A DNA stretch of 48,668 bases from Tubiluchus corallicola (GCA_030141605.1 JAQGDQ010001027.1:1-48668), one strand, 5' to 3'. Shown: positions 26,616-40,835, counted from the stretch's first letter. Numbers and translations: made by a program. Notes: generated by a model from the letters alone, not told the origin.

Positions 26616-27223
26616 ACTGCACCTGTTGTAAAACAATCAGTCACGACTGTTACAACTTTGCTACAAGCTACAGCTTCTTTGGTGGTTAAAATCGCTAGTA
26701 ACAGAACGGCATGCCATCTCATTATGCAACGACTGTTTGGGTTGAATGCATTGCTATGCATAATAACTGCTCTACACAAATAATAAATTCTCAACCAACG
26801 CGCCATAAATTTGTGATGCGCAATTTTGTAAATCGGACGTATATTGCAATTTTACATTCCAGTGGACCTATAAACGTTCTTTTGACGACCTCGACTGTAT
26901 TGATTTGATTTTACATCAGCGTGTGAACAGAATCCAACACGCATTTTTCGCATGTTAATCGAAACCCTTGAGCATATATAACAGCCTAGCGCCTTGAGAA
27001 GGATTATATTATGAAATAAAAGACGAAAACTGTATAAGCACAAAACTTATAGCGAACATTAAACGGAAGGAAAGGCGGATTTTAAAGCATTATCACAAAA
27101 AGCACCAAAATTATATTACTCGGCCAGCAATATGTTTACTTTTTTGAAAGACGGTTGTAACTAGGAAAGAAAATTCTTAACAATTTTGAATCTTTCGCTT
27201 CCTGGTAAAACGTCGCTGCATTT

Positions 27224-27424
27224 CCATCCTAGTGTGCACCACCGGCTCACCAACAGCACTGCATCACCATCCCAGCGTGCACCACCGGCTTACCAACAGC
27301 ACTGCCTCACCATGCCAGTGTGTACCACCGGCTCACCAACAGCACTGCATCGCCATCCCAGTGTGCACCACTGGCTCACCAACAGCACTGCATCGCCATC
27401 CCTGTGTGCACCACTGGCTCACCA
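27224..27424. repeat. ~43-bp minisatellite, ~4.6 copies
   Basis: Unit ccatcccagtgtgcaccac(c/t)ggctcaccaacagcactgcatcg. Confidence 0.92.
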
Positions 27425-27716
27425 AAAACATATTATTCATGTTATTCACATAACAAAGTCTTCCACGCATTTGCTTAGTTATCGAAGAGCGGGCTATACG
27501 AATGCTCTGATTATTTTTTCAAACTTTATGCAATGTTATTTAAATTTGTTTCAAGACCTACAGTTAAAAAAGGCTGCGCAAAACGGTTAAGTTTACAATT
27601 TTTTACAGCGATACTGCTAACTCAAGCCCTTATGCAATAAGAAAGTATGTAAGTTTGTTATTAAAGCGAACTTTTTAACTTAAAGCAAACTAACATAGGG
27701 ATGAAAAAAGTAAGCC

Positions 27717-29218
27717 AGTGAAAGTTAGTGACGTTGAAATTAACTGTAAGTACTGCAGTGAAAGTTAGTGACGTTGAAAGTAATTGTAAGTACTGCAGTG
27801 AAAGTTTGTGACGTTGAAATTAACTGTAAGTACTGCAGTGAAAGTTAGTGACGTTGAAATTAACTATAAGTACTGCAGTGAAAGTTAGTGACGTTGTAAT
27901 TAACTGTAAGTACTGCAGTGAAAGTTAGTGACGATGAAATTAGCTGTAAGTACTGCAGTGAAAGTTAGTGACGTTGAAATTAACTGTAAGTACTGCAGTG
28001 AAAGTTAGTGACGTTGTAATTAACTGTAAGTACTGCAGTGAAAGTTAGTGACGTTGAAATTAATTGTAAGTACTGCAGTGAAAGTTAGTGACGTTGAAAT
28101 TAACTGTAAGTACTGCAGTGAAAGTTAGTGACGTTGAAATTAACTATAAGTACTGCAGTGAAAGTTAGTGACGTTGAAATTAACTATAAGTACTGCAGTG
28201 AAAGTTAGTGACGTTGAAATTAACTGTAAGTACTGCAGTGAAAGTTAGTGACGTTGAAATTAACTGTAAGTACTGCAGTGAAAGTTAGTGACGTTGAAAT
28301 TAACTGTAAGTACTGCAGTGAAAGTTAGTGAGGTTGTAATTAACTGTAAGTACTGCAGTGAAAGTTAGTGACGTTGAAATTAACTATAAGTACTGCAGTG
28401 AAAGTTAGTGACGTTGTAATTAACTGTAAGTACTGCAGTGAAAGTTAGTGACGTTGTAATTAACTGTAAGTACTGCAGTGAAAGTTAGTGACGTTGAAAT
28501 TAACTGTAAGTACTGCAGTGAAAGTTAGTGACGTTGAAATTAACTGTAAGTACTGCAGTGAAAGTTAGTGACGTTGAAATTAACTGTAAGTACTGCAGTG
28601 AAAGTTAGTGACGTTGTAATTAACTGTAAGTACTGCAGTGAAAGTTAGTGACGTTGTAATTAACTGTAAGTACTGCAGTGAAAGTTAGTGACGTTGTAAT
28701 TAACTGTAAGTACTGCAGTGAAAGTTAGTGACGTTGAAATTAACTGTAAGTACTGCAGTGAAAGTTAGTGACGTTGAAATTAACTGTAAGTACTGCAGTG
28801 AAAGTTAGTAAGGTTGAAATTAACTGTAAGTACTGCAGTGAAAGTTAGTGACGTTGTAATTAACTGTAAGTACTGCAGTGAAAGTTAGTGACGTTGTAAT
28901 TAACTGTAAGTACTGCAGTGAAAGTTAGTGACGTTGAAATTAACTGTAAGTACTGCAGTGAAAGTTAGTGACGTTGTAATTAACTGTAAGTACTGCAGTG
29001 AAAGTTAGTGACGTTGTAATTAACTGTAAGTACTGCAGTGAAAGTTAGTGACGTTGAAATTAACTATAAGTACTGCAGTGAAAGTTAGTGACGTTGAAAT
29101 TAACTATAAGTACTGCCGTGAAAGTTAGTGATGTTGAAATTAACTGTAAGTCCTGCAGTGAAAGTTAGTGACGTTGAAATTAACTATAAGTACTGCAGTG
29201 AAAGTTAGCGACGTTGAA
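27717..29218. repeat. 40-bp minisatellite, ~37 copies, with degenerate units trailing to ~29345
   Basis: Unit cagtgaaagttagtgacgttgaaattaactgtaagtactg. Confidence 0.98.
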
Positions 29219-29667
29219 TGATAAGTATGCAACAGTGAAAACTGAAAATTAATGACGTTGAAACTAACTGTAAGTGCTGTCGTTAAAATGAATAACGTTA
29301 CAACAAGCCGTGAGCATGCAATAGTGAAAATTAATGACATTGAAAACGTTGAAACAAACGTTGAATGCACAAAGAGAAACTAATCCTAATTAATTATAAT
29401 CACTCTTAAATTTATCACTCAATCTTAGCAGCATTAATTAAGGTCAGCAATTTGCACAAGTTCTGCCTGATGAATATTTTGCCACAATCTTTATTAAGCT
29501 AATTAATCTATAAAATTTTCGATTTTCAAGCGCAAATTCAAATTCGAAAATTTATTGCCCAATTAGATAGTGAGCATAAAGACCATGGAGGAGTTAAGAT
29601 AAATGTAAGAAAATTCAGTATTATCTGGGATGTTCCAGTTTTTGTGTCAGAAATCAGTAATATATTA

Positions 29668-30060
29668 TTAAAGGAAAAGTCAAGCTTTCTAGGAGGTTAA
29701 GCTTATTTCAATGTTCGCGAAAAATGTTACAAAGATTCAGTAATAAAACTGCAATAAGCGCCTCGTGTAATTAGTAAAATCACTTTAAAGTCGCGATCAC
29801 TTCATGCTTGGGCGCTTCCATTTTCAATGCTCATCCTTCTTCCAATGACGTCATTCGTCTTGAAGAAAAGTAGCGCACTGTTAATCTTCATCAAAAGTAT
29901 GATAAGTTTTTACAGAAAGATTAGTAACCTAATTTTGTAATACTTTTGCGTGAACATTAGGTCAGCTGCAGAAGTTTGAATTAGTTTAAGCAGCGCGCGC
30001 TTACGGAAATCCACGATGCGCTTACGAAAATTCACGAAGCTTTCCAGTTACGTCGTGATT
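29668..30060 (+). mobile_element. TTAA-AGG-terminated element family B, partial
   Basis: Starts TTAA-AGGAAAAGTCAA; inverted match to 8460-8825. Confidence 0.7.
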
Positions 30061-32202
30061 CGTGTCTTGATTCGATGTCTCATCTTAGTCTTCATAATCA
30101 GCTAGATACTGGTCACGCCACACCATTCTACGTTAAATTAATTCCCATCAACAATTCCTGTGTTAATGAACTCCTACAGGCGCTGGCTTCATTTCTTATG
30201 TCCTACAGGAGACTCTTATCAAAATTCGCGGGTAGAAAAAACATTTTGATTATTTTTGTAGTTAAGTGAAGATTTCTGTTCTTGATAGTTGCGAGGTTTA
30301 CACGGTGATCAGAAACAACCAGCTGTTTTGATAATAAATAAAGTCAACAAAGTTTGCGATGAAACTGGCAGCGTGCAGTGCAAGTTTGCCTTTTTTGCAC
30401 AAGCATCAAGAACGTGCATCGGCGCAGCCACGTGTTCATCGATAAACAGAAAACCTTTGCAGCAACAAACAAAAAGTGTGACTTTATAACGTTAAGAAGG
30501 TTAGGAAACAACAAACAGTGTCTATGTATAGACACTAAAGCTCTTCATTTAATGATTTCATAAATAATTACATTCAAAATTTGTAACGGACAGAGAGATA
30601 AATGTCCGAATTAGTCGCGGAAATCTTTTTGGAATAACATGTCAGACACTTAGGGAAAGCAAATTGAAACTATTACAGTTACGAAAAGAAGACGCAATCT
30701 GTGTGAGGTCTTGGTGTGTGTATGTGTGTGTGTGTGTGGCGAAACCAAGAAACAAACTCGAAGAGAATTAAACGCCGCGTAGCTCAAAGAGAAAGCAGAG
30801 AAGACCGCCATGTTTACTAAACAGTCAACTAACTTTCTTAAAATTGTTCGACCCATTTTCGTCGTGTCATAAACATTGATTAGGCAGTTTAATCGAATTT
30901 GTTTTGCTTAGAATGCGAAAAGATGTTTTTGAAAATTGCAAATGATAACACCAGGAGGAGGCAGCGTTTGTGGATAAAGTCAGAAAATCGACAACAAAAC
31001 TCTACAGTTACAAATGGTTCCACTGCTGACCGAATTCCTCAAAATCAATATCGCAAAATTCATCGGAAATTAAACATTTCAAATGATAACGTTTAAATAA
31101 ACTGCTTTATGTTTAGAGACTGATAATTCACAGTTAATCTAAGAAATTAAACAAATTCGATAGTGACGATATCTTGACAGATTATTTGAGTTGAAATTGT
31201 AAATATTAAACAACAAAACTATGCAATAGTAAATAGTTTTCCTGCAGACGAAATTCTTTACAAGGAAAATTGCGAAATTAAACAAATTTGAAAGAAATTC
31301 CGAAATTTTTTAAAAAAAATTGAAAGAATTAACACCAGGAATGGGTTATCTATGCATCTAGTCATGAAGTTTCATAACTAATTATTTGAATTCGTAAATA
31401 CACTGGCTGAAGATTTAATCTTACACGGGTGTTTTCTGTGTTTCACATCAACATGCGTCCTTTCATCGACAATTTTCGCTAAGAAACTAATTGAGAACAC
31501 ATAACAGATTAAAATCTGTAAACACAACGGAGAAAATCACAGAGGGCGTATCCATGTTCGGAGTTTGAATGAATGTCCTCATCTCTCGCTTACCATATTT
31601 GCTATGGAGCTGTATAGATGCCTTTCTATGGTTTACTTCTTCTACTAAAAGACACACATTTTACACATGAAGCTTTTCTATAGCAGCAGTTCACTTTACC
31701 CTGATATTAGACCTCCAGGCGACGCCATCTTAACCGACGCTTCGGTTTTTGCAAAAGACTCATTTGTGACGTGGCTGATAAACAGAAGATATTCATGTTG
31801 CTGCAATGGTGGTTCTGAACACACGGGAGTTACTTGTCTCTCCCGAGGAAGAGCACGTGTTTCGTCTCGTCCGTGATGGATGTCTCCTGGTTAAAAAAGC
31901 AATTTAAACTTAACAGGAAAACGGGAACACGGTAACAGTTGCGTGAGATGAATGAGTTTATCAAGATAAGTAAACGCCATAGTAAGAGACTAGCTTGTAT
32001 GTGAAATGAAGCCATTGATTATTTGCAGAACAGCTAGAAACTGTCCCTCCTTCAGCCTCTTCTTACATACCTATTTCCAATGTAAGAAGATTTCCACGGT
32101 TGTTCTATGTCCTCATTAATACTTTAGTAACGAAGTTTAGTGGTTGTTCTGCTAATATTAAACGTTTTGTCTTTAAAAGTTACTGTTATACCTGCTATTG
32201 TC

Positions 32203-32777
32203 AGTTTAAACATAATTTATTTAGGATTCGATCAGACATTTTGAACAACATGATTTAGGATCTTCACCACAGCAAACTATATGCACTATTTACAAAACAT
32301 TTACAGTAAGAATTGACTATGCCTACACAAGCTGACAAGTATTGCTACAATATTACATTAGATATTACTACCAAATTATAGTTAAAAATATTAATGTACG
32401 AATGTTTAAGACCGACGCATTTCATATCAGACAGAAAGTACTGGAAGCACTTAGTACGTAATACAAAGTCATGTATACATTGGAATATTTTACAATTAAC
32501 AACATAATTAAATTCATCTTTTCCGAGTAATAACAACTTCAATAGATCATTAGTTCCTAAGGCAGCTATATTAAGGTTTTCAGGTAGAAGTATTTCATTT
32601 AGTTTATCAAACATAACAACCCTGGTTTGTTGATACAATGGGCAGTGCAACAAAAAGTGTTCAACAGACTCAAATCGAAATCCACAGTTACAATTCGGCA
32701 ATATTGGATGACCATTATTATCTTTACAGCGTTTAGAGAAAAGGTCATAGTTTAGCTGAGGAAATCCGATTCTCATG
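32203..32777 (-). mobile_element. 5'-truncated LINE 3' fragment (ORF2 C-terminal Cys/His domain plus UTR)
   Basis: Encodes RIGFPQLNYDLF...CNCG...ESVEHFLLHCPLY...R; close relative at 41836-42411. Confidence 0.75.
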
Positions 32778-32809
32778 TGCGTATATATGTATATATGATA
32801 TATATATAT

Positions 32810-33358
32810 ATATAATAATAATCTTTATTTGCCATTAAAATACATTGATAATCACTGATAAAAACTTTACAGAGATGATCAATCAGTGTTAGTTAATAAA
32901 AACTTACACTGCTAAAGGCAAATGCGCCAGTGCAATATGAACTACTGTGCAGTAATGGAAAGTAACGACGAATAAAATCAAACATATTTACAACTATGCA
33001 CAAAAAATGAAAAACTTATGATTTAATTAATATGGCCGTGGGTATATGAATTCTGAATTAGTGTGTATGTTGTCGTACTGGTGTAATGGTATTTCATATC
33101 TGGTTAATATTAGTGATTTAAATTTTGTTTTAAATGCTGATAGGCACTTGATTTGTTTAACCTGTAATGGTAGAGAATTCCAAAGTAGAATTGCTTGTTT
33201 GATTACAGAGTTCGTTCCATAGTGGGTATTTGTCCTAATTTGTTTTAGATTGCTTGTTCTGGAATTAACGATAGGATTTGGAAAAAAGGTAAATCTGTTA
33301 TTCTGGAATGGTTTGCTGATGTTGTTAATGTATTTAAATACAATGATGCACAGAAATT
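32810..33358 (-). mobile_element. 3' end of a second CR1/L2-type LINE
   Basis: Minus strand encodes ...RTNTHYGTNSVIKQAILLWNSLPLQVKQIKCLSAFKTKFKSLILTRY (WNSLP...FK..K motif), then UTR, AATAAA and an (ATT)/(AT) tail. Confidence 0.75.
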
Positions 33359-33472
33359 GGGGGGTTCACCTTATATTGTTGTTCACTGTGGGTTAACTTT
33401 GACCAATACAGTCTAGAGAAACTTATGTCATACAACAATGGTATAAGGAAACTTTCTTAAACTTATATATGA

Positions 33473-33953
33473 CTAGCAAAGGCCCCGCAAAAAATTTTGC
33501 GTATAAATACACGTATAATCAAAAATACGCAAACATCCTACATAGTCCTCATTTACAACACAAAGCCAGTAGCAGCTTTTACTGAATTAAAGTTATAAGG
33601 TTATAGGCAGAGTATAATGGATGACGTCACAACAATGGCTTTGCGTCAGCAGTTTTCTAAGCGAAAATTGCCAAAAATAGAACATCTAATTAACTCGTCG
33701 TCACTCCTCTTGGTGGACGTGTCCTAAAACATAGCCCAATCATCGTGTAGCCCTGTTCTTGCTCTTTCTAAAGAGCCGTATATCTCCTTCCGAGAGTCCC
33801 ACCAGGCGCCGCTAGAACGTTTTTTCCGCAGGCTGTTTGGTCAAAATTTCGAAAAAATCGCGGGTTGGGTCCGGGAAAACGCCCGTTGCGGGACGCCGCG
33901 GCCTTCTCGCGAATTCTAAATACGCCTATGACACCCGCCGCTGAACGGGCTAT
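33473..33953 (-). mobile_element. Helitron-like element, third copy outside the palindrome
   Basis: Homology with the arm copies begins at a-CTAG-caaaggccccgcaaaaaattttgcg and ends at ...gctgaacgggctat; flanks are unrelated. Confidence 0.7.
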
Positions 33954-35152
33954 CTATCCATACCCAGCACCGCCCTCGACCCGTTCCCGTTCTTCAGATC
34001 TCAGACGTATAACTTTTGCAAAAGATTTCCACATTTTATTCATATACGACACAAGTGTTATTATAGGCTGTTTAACAGAATTGTACAATCTGACAATGCT
34101 CTGATGGTAAAATGTTGCTAATAACTCTGATGTGTGACGTACTTCAAAATATTTTAGGTTGTGGACGCCATTTTTATTTAGTTTATTATCAAATTACTTT
34201 GACGAACTCTGAGTTTCTAATCAACTCGATATATATGTAGTTGAAAGACAATATAATCACGAAAGCAATACAACTTTATATATTTAGGAAAGCGAATAAG
34301 CGAAAATGAAAAGAAATTTTACAATTAAAGGACAAGTATCTCAAAATTACAACAATTGACCTAACAACTAATTAATTGAAAAAAGAAGGCATTCACACAC
34401 TGTTTCTAACATTGTTTTCAAAATAGTCTTCGATGTAACAAGAAAATACACGTATGTTCGTTCGACAACACGAGAAGCATAGAAGTAGTTTTAGTAATAA
34501 CGGTGAAACTCCTTCTGGGCCTGCAGTGATGCTATCAACAAAGAACGGAAAGTATTTTGCATACGTCAAATTTACTGTATTCAAAGGCAAATTGTCTTTA
34601 GAAGCTTAAAAACTAATCAATACACGGCACAGAACCTGTGTACTTGCAAATAGCAGTGACGTCACATACTAGGCGTATTATTTGTGACGTCACTTATTAG
34701 ACGTAACCAGTCATTGATCAAATGTAGTCATCGTCATTGCACCTTCCAAATTAATTTAACTTGGTTGCCTGTGCAAATTGTCAAACTATGTTTCTTAACA
34801 GAACTTTTTCGATTACTAGAAATCTGCGCATGCGTACTAGCTTCTGCAATGATCATCGCGACACACTTTGTTTACACAAGCAAATAGTGAAACGAACGCG
34901 GAGCTGATTTTGTGTTTATGCAACGTCTATAAACCACCCCTCATTGCGTAATGCATGCCACATTTCTCAGACGACTGCTTTGGGTAGATTCATAAACACT
35001 ACGAGGATGAACGCGCATAGCTGACATTGCAGTAGTTGTGGGTACTGAGGTAGTTTACTGAAGCTACGTTTGTACATTGCAAGTACCAGATGTACTCTCA
35101 AAGCACGTATAGTTCACCGCTCTACAAGCCAATGGCGAAAACGTGACTGCTG

Positions 35153-35435
35153 TGCTACAGGCTTCAGCGCGTCACTATCAGAATGCGTTGCAAGTGCACC
35201 CTTCCACGAGTGCGAAATAAAATTCAACTAATACATGTGTTGCAGCTTCGAAACCATGATTTTAGCACTTTGCCATCATGCGAGCATTATCTGTTATGCT
35301 GCTATGCTACAGGCTTCAGCGCGTCACTATCAGAATGCGTTGAAAGTGCACCCTTCCACGAGTGCGAAATAAAATTCAACTAATACATGTGTTTCAGATT
35401 CGAAACCATGATTTTAGCCATCATGCGAGCATTAT
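35153..35435. repeat. ~152-bp tandem duplication
   Basis: tgctacaggcttcagcgcgtcactatcagaatgcgttg... occurs twice. Confidence 0.9.
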
Positions 35436-35976
35436 GTGTTTACACTGGCTGGCTTCTCTACTTAATTGTGTGGTTATTAACTATCCTAGTTTTTTGCTTG
35501 TTCGTTGCAGACGCAATACTCTTCGTAACAATAATTATCCTGTCAACGAAGGCTTTATAGAGAAAATAACAGCTAAGAATGCTGGGATGGCTTCATTTTT
35601 AAACTTCACACTTTGCTAGTAAAAGAGTAATTACGCGTGTTATTTCAACACAGATATGAAGAGTTTCATATTTTTTAGCTTTTGCAATGAGATGATTTGT
35701 TTAACGTAATACCCTGTAACTGTTTTGCATAGAAAATGGCCACACTAGTTTTATGCCACGTATTCCTGCTTAATTAAGTGAATTTAAATTAACTTATTGG
35801 CTTAAATATAATGAGTTTTTCGTAGAAAAACCATGTTATTTTTGCAAACTGTCTGCCAGCTGGGCCCAGCAGACTAAACAAGTCCAAAACGTAATTTGGT
35901 TTTTAGTTTTGCTTTCTCTAGGAAAGTCAATTCGTAATTCTTTTTCAAACAAAATAACCCACAACCCCAAGCACTA

Positions 35977-37479
35977 ACTGAATACATGGAAATTGAAAAA
36001 AACACGTAAATTGCTGACTGAATACATGGAAATAAAAAAAACACGTAGATCGCTGACTGAATACATGGAAATCAAAAAACACGTAAATCGCTGATCGAAT
36101 ACATGGAAATCAAAAAACACGTAAATCGCTGATTGAATACATGGAAATCAAAAAAACACGTAAATTGCTGACTGAATACATGGAAATAAAAAAAACACGT
36201 AAATCGCTGATTGAATACATGGAAATGAAAAAAACACGTAAATCGCTGATTGAATACATGGAAATCAAAAAACACGTAAATTGCTGACTGAATACATGGA
36301 AATCGAAAAAACACGTAAATCGCTGACTGAATACATGGAAATTGAAAAAAACACGTAAATCGCTGACTGAATACATGGAAATGAAAAAAACACGTAAATC
36401 GCTGATTGAATACATGGAAATCAAAAAACACGTAAATTGCTGACTGAATACATGGAAATTGAAAAAAAACACGTAAATTGCTGACTGAATACATGGAAAT
36501 TGAAAAAAACACGTAAATCGCTGATTGAATACATGGAAATAAAAAAACACGTAGATCGCTGACTGAATACATGGAAATAAAAAAAACACGTAAATCGCTG
36601 ATTGAATACATGGAAATAAAAAAACACGTAAATCGCTGATTGAATACATGGAAATAAAAAAAACACGTAAATCGCTGATTGAATACATGGAAATCAAAAA
36701 AACACGTAAATCGCTGATTGAATACATGGAAATCAAAAAACACGTAAATCGCTGATCGAATACATGGAAATCAAAAAACACGTAAATCGCTGATTGAATA
36801 CATGGAAATCAAAAAACACGTAAATCGCTGATTGAATACATGGAAATAAAAAAAACACGTAAATTGCTGACTGAATACATGGAAATAAAAAAAACACGTA
36901 AATTGCTGACTGAATACATGGAAATTGAAAAAACACGTAAATTGCTGACTGAATACATGGAAATCAAAAAACACGTGAATTGCTGACTGAATACATGGAA
37001 ATAAAAAAAACACGTAAATCGCTGATTGAATACATGGAAATTGAAAAAAACACGTAAATCGCTGATTGAATACATGGAAATAAAAAAAACACGTAAATCG
37101 CTGATTGAATACATGGAAATAAAAAAAACACGTAAATCGCTGATTGAATACATGGAAATCAAAAAACACGTAAATCGCTGATCGAATACATGGAAATCAA
37201 AAAACACGTAAATCGCTGATCGAATACATGGAAATCAAAAAACACGTAAATCGCTGATTGAATACATGGAAATAAAAAAAACACGTAAATTGCTGATTGA
37301 ATACATGGAAATAAAAAAAACACGTGAATTGCTGACTGAATACATGGAAATTGAAAAAACACGTAAATTGCTGACTGAATACATGGAAATAAAAAAACAC
37401 GTGAATTGCTGACTGAATACATGGAAATAAAAAAAAACACGTAAATCGCTGACTGAATACATGGAAATCGAAAAAACAC
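35977..37479. repeat. 38-41-bp minisatellite, ~38 copies, variable A-tract
   Basis: Unit aat(c/t)gctga(t/c)tgaatacatggaaat-N-A(6-8)-cacgta. Confidence 0.98.
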
Positions 37480-38455
37480 ATAAATAGTGTTTTAGGAGCC
37501 ATTAAAAGAGAAGAGCTGGTGGAATTGCTAAGCTGAAGATTGTAGCGCAATTAACTGCTTAGAAAATTACCAGGTTCTGAATACGTGGCATCATAAATGA
37601 ATCCACAGTGTAAGTATTATGATGTCACACGATAAGCAATTAGCAATCTAATCAAATAATTACGGCATAAATTTTTTATGGCTTGATGCCGATATCCCTC
37701 CTGGCTTCTCTGCCTCTGGTCTAATGACTTGAAGCCTCTGGCGTCCCTGTCTTTGGCTTCTCTGCCTCTGTGATAATTGATTTCGCAGAAAAGAAATCTG
37801 CCCGATACCACAGCAGCTGGGAAATGGTCCTGACTGGTGGTCAAAGGATATCCTAGTGGCCTAAGGATACAAGATACAGTTTCACGGTATCAGTTATAAC
37901 TCCATCGTTGATTATGAAAGTTATGAATAATGCACCGTGAGTCTGCATCATTGGCACGTGTGTGTCCTTCTTTCCTAGTAACAGACACGTCACAGATTTA
38001 AAACTTAATGGAATGGAATCCGATTACGATTTTATTAGCCCTGGTTCTATAATTTATCGGTCTGCTATTATTTTACATGTATTTATGTTTGTGCCAGGGG
38101 CAATCTTCATCAAACATTTGCTGTAAAATTGCGTTAATTACATTGGAGTTGACGTTTGTTTTATAATGCAGGCGGGCGGAAATCGATGAGAGAGACAGCG
38201 GAATGGCAGGTTAATAAATTTGAAACGTTGTTTCAGTTTTAAATGATTTCGGAACCAAAACCCTTCTCTCCTCCATGCACGTTGTTCAGGAGGTTGCTGA
38301 CAACGATACAACTGCAAGACTCAGTGAAGGTTTCGATTTTGTGCCTCTTGAATATGTGCGCCTCCCTTAACTTGAAAAAAAAAGCATAACAACCATGCCT
38401 TATACGCAGTACAGCATGTATATATAACCAGCTTGTACGGAGGATATAACTGTGG

Positions 38456-39567
38456 TGTACCACAAGGGTCCATCCTATGACCATTGCTTTTTCTTATCTA
38501 CTTATATGTAGTACAGTATGTATATAACTAGTGTACTACAAGGATCCATTCTATGACCATTACTTTTTCTTATCTACTTATACGTAGTACAGTATGTATG
38601 TAACTAGTGTACCACAAGGATCCATTCTATGACCATTGCTTTTTCTTATGTACTTATACGTAGTACAGTATGTATATAACTAGTGTACCACAAGGATCCA
38701 TTCTACGACCATTGCTTTTTCTTATCTACTTATATGTAGTACAGTATGTATATAACTAGTGTATGACAAGGATCCATTCTATGACCATTACTTTTTCTTA
38801 TCTACTTATACGTAGTACAGTATGTATGTAACTAGTGTACCACAAGGATCCATTCTATGACCATTGCTTTTTCTTATGTACTTATACGTAGTACAGTATG
38901 TATATAACTAGTGTACCACAAGGATCCATTCTATGACCATTGCTTTTTCTTATCTACTTATACGTAGTACAGTATGTATATAACTAGTGTACCACAAGGA
39001 TCCATCCTATGACCATTGTTTTTTCTTATCTACTTATATGTAGTACAGTATGTATATAACTAGTGTACCACAAGGATCCATCCTATGACCATTGCTTTTT
39101 CTTGTCTACTTATACATAGTACAGTATGTATATAACTAGTGTACCACAAGGATCCATTCTATGACCATTGCGTTTTCTTATCTACTTATACGTAGTACAG
39201 TATGTATATAACTAGTGTACCACAAGGATCCATCCTATGACCATTGCTTTTTCTTGTCTACTTATACATAGTACAGTATGTATATAACTAGTGTACCACA
39301 AGGATCCATTCTATGACCATTGCGTTTTCTTATCTACTTATACGTAGTACAGTATGTATATAACTAGTGTACCACAAGGATCCATTCTATGACCATTGCT
39401 TTTTCTTATCTACTTATACGTAGTACAGTATGTATATAACTAGTGTACCACAAGGATCCATCCTATGACCATTGCTTTTTCTTGTCTACTTATACATAGT
39501 ACAGTATGTATATAACTAGTGTACCACAAGGATCCATTCTATGACCATTGCGTTTTCTTATCTACTT
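38456..39567. repeat. 76-bp minisatellite, ~14.5 copies
   Basis: Unit gtaccacaaggatccattctatgaccattgctttttcttatctacttatacgtagtacagtatgtatataactagt. Confidence 0.98.
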
Positions 39568-40743
39568 TAATGATTAATCACTTATTAGTTATTAGTGAGT
39601 AATTACTCAGTTTCAACTCGAGTTTTTTGAAGATGACAAGTCCTTTTCTTACTGCACTAATTCATTGATTATGACACCAGTAGAAAAACCCACAAACAGT
39701 GAAAAACAAAAGCTGATAACTTAAACAAAGCAAAAAATGGTCGATTATCTATTACTCCAAAACGAATTACATTAATCAGCAACAAACTTTCACTATAGAG
39801 TCTCTCTCTACTTTTGTGTCTTAAAAGTTACTGCTGTATACATTCATGCAATGCACAATACCTGGGAATTAAGGGTACAGATCTGCTTATGTCACACTAT
39901 ATGTTAGATTGTATTCACGTTACGCAACGCCTGCGTAACTTCCCATTCTTTGCCCTTAACCTATACTGTCGAATGATGTAAGCAAATGTGCCTTATAATG
40001 CTCTCCAGTTAGACGAATAGCCATAATTCGACAGCAGGGGAAATTAAGGAATATCCACGACTTATGTGGGTCGAGCTTTCGCTCAAAGTGAGACTAAAAA
40101 TTGTCCTAATTGCATTTCGTGCGTGATTTTGATAAATGAAGTAGCAGAAGTAGAGGCTCTTAAGCAAACCTAGCTGTCGTGAACGCACGAAGTACATCTT
40201 TGCAAGCAAGAAGTTAACGCCAGAGATCAAATCACCTTTCATGTTAATGCGCCAACTATTAAAGGAAAACCGGTCGACTGATCAGACTCAATCTCATTTT
40301 AATCTACCGTCCAAATTTCTTGCCTATAAAAATTAGCAAATGTTTCTAATATTTGAATAATTTATTTTTTCTTAACAATGTATTTATTCTTATTTATAAT
40401 TACAATAGAAAGCTAATTAACTGAACACAGCTATCGCTTACGTCACAAACTAACCGCAGTTTGTGCAATGGCAGGCATCTTCCCTGTGCGTTAACAACGT
40501 TTGCGTAAGCGAATATGTCTATAAGTTGCTGATGTGATGTTACAAAAATGAGTTGTACATCACACTGACGTCACAGATGAACACTGCAGTTCATGATGAT
40601 GCTGATAATAATTAGCTTATCACGGTACCGCACCTATTTGTTGGTTACACCGATGTGACAAAAAGGCGCCATTCCCAGTTTTAACGGATTCGCTGATCTG
40701 CGTGTAGCTTTAAAAGTTTAACAAAATTTAATAAGTTTAACAT

Positions 40744-40835
40744 CATACTTTTCCTTTTGTGGTGTTTGCTGTGACCATACTTTTCCTTTTGTGGTGTTTA
40801 CTGTGACCATACTTTTCTTGTTGTGGTGTTTACTG
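40744..40835. repeat. 32-bp tandem repeat, ~3 copies
   Basis: Unit catacttttccttttgtggtgttt(g/a)ctgtgac. Confidence 0.9.

Noticed and set aside
26050-26806. Poly-Gln/Ser/Ala/Cys ORFs
   Set aside because: Trinucleotide microsatellite; the CAG (poly-Gln) frame is interrupted by TAG/TAA triplets.
37617-38484. Short GC-richer minus-strand ORFs as possible exons
   Set aside because: No recognisable homology or consistent splice-site pair could be established by eye.
27717-39567. CRISPR-like appearance of the 36-40-bp and 76-bp arrays
   Set aside because: Units are contiguous with no unique spacers, there are no cas genes, and the context is eukaryotic.
18129-39567. Unit lengths 38, 57 and 76 being multiples of 19
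   Set aside because: The units share no sequence, and other arrays (36, 40, 43, 122) do not fit; coincidence.
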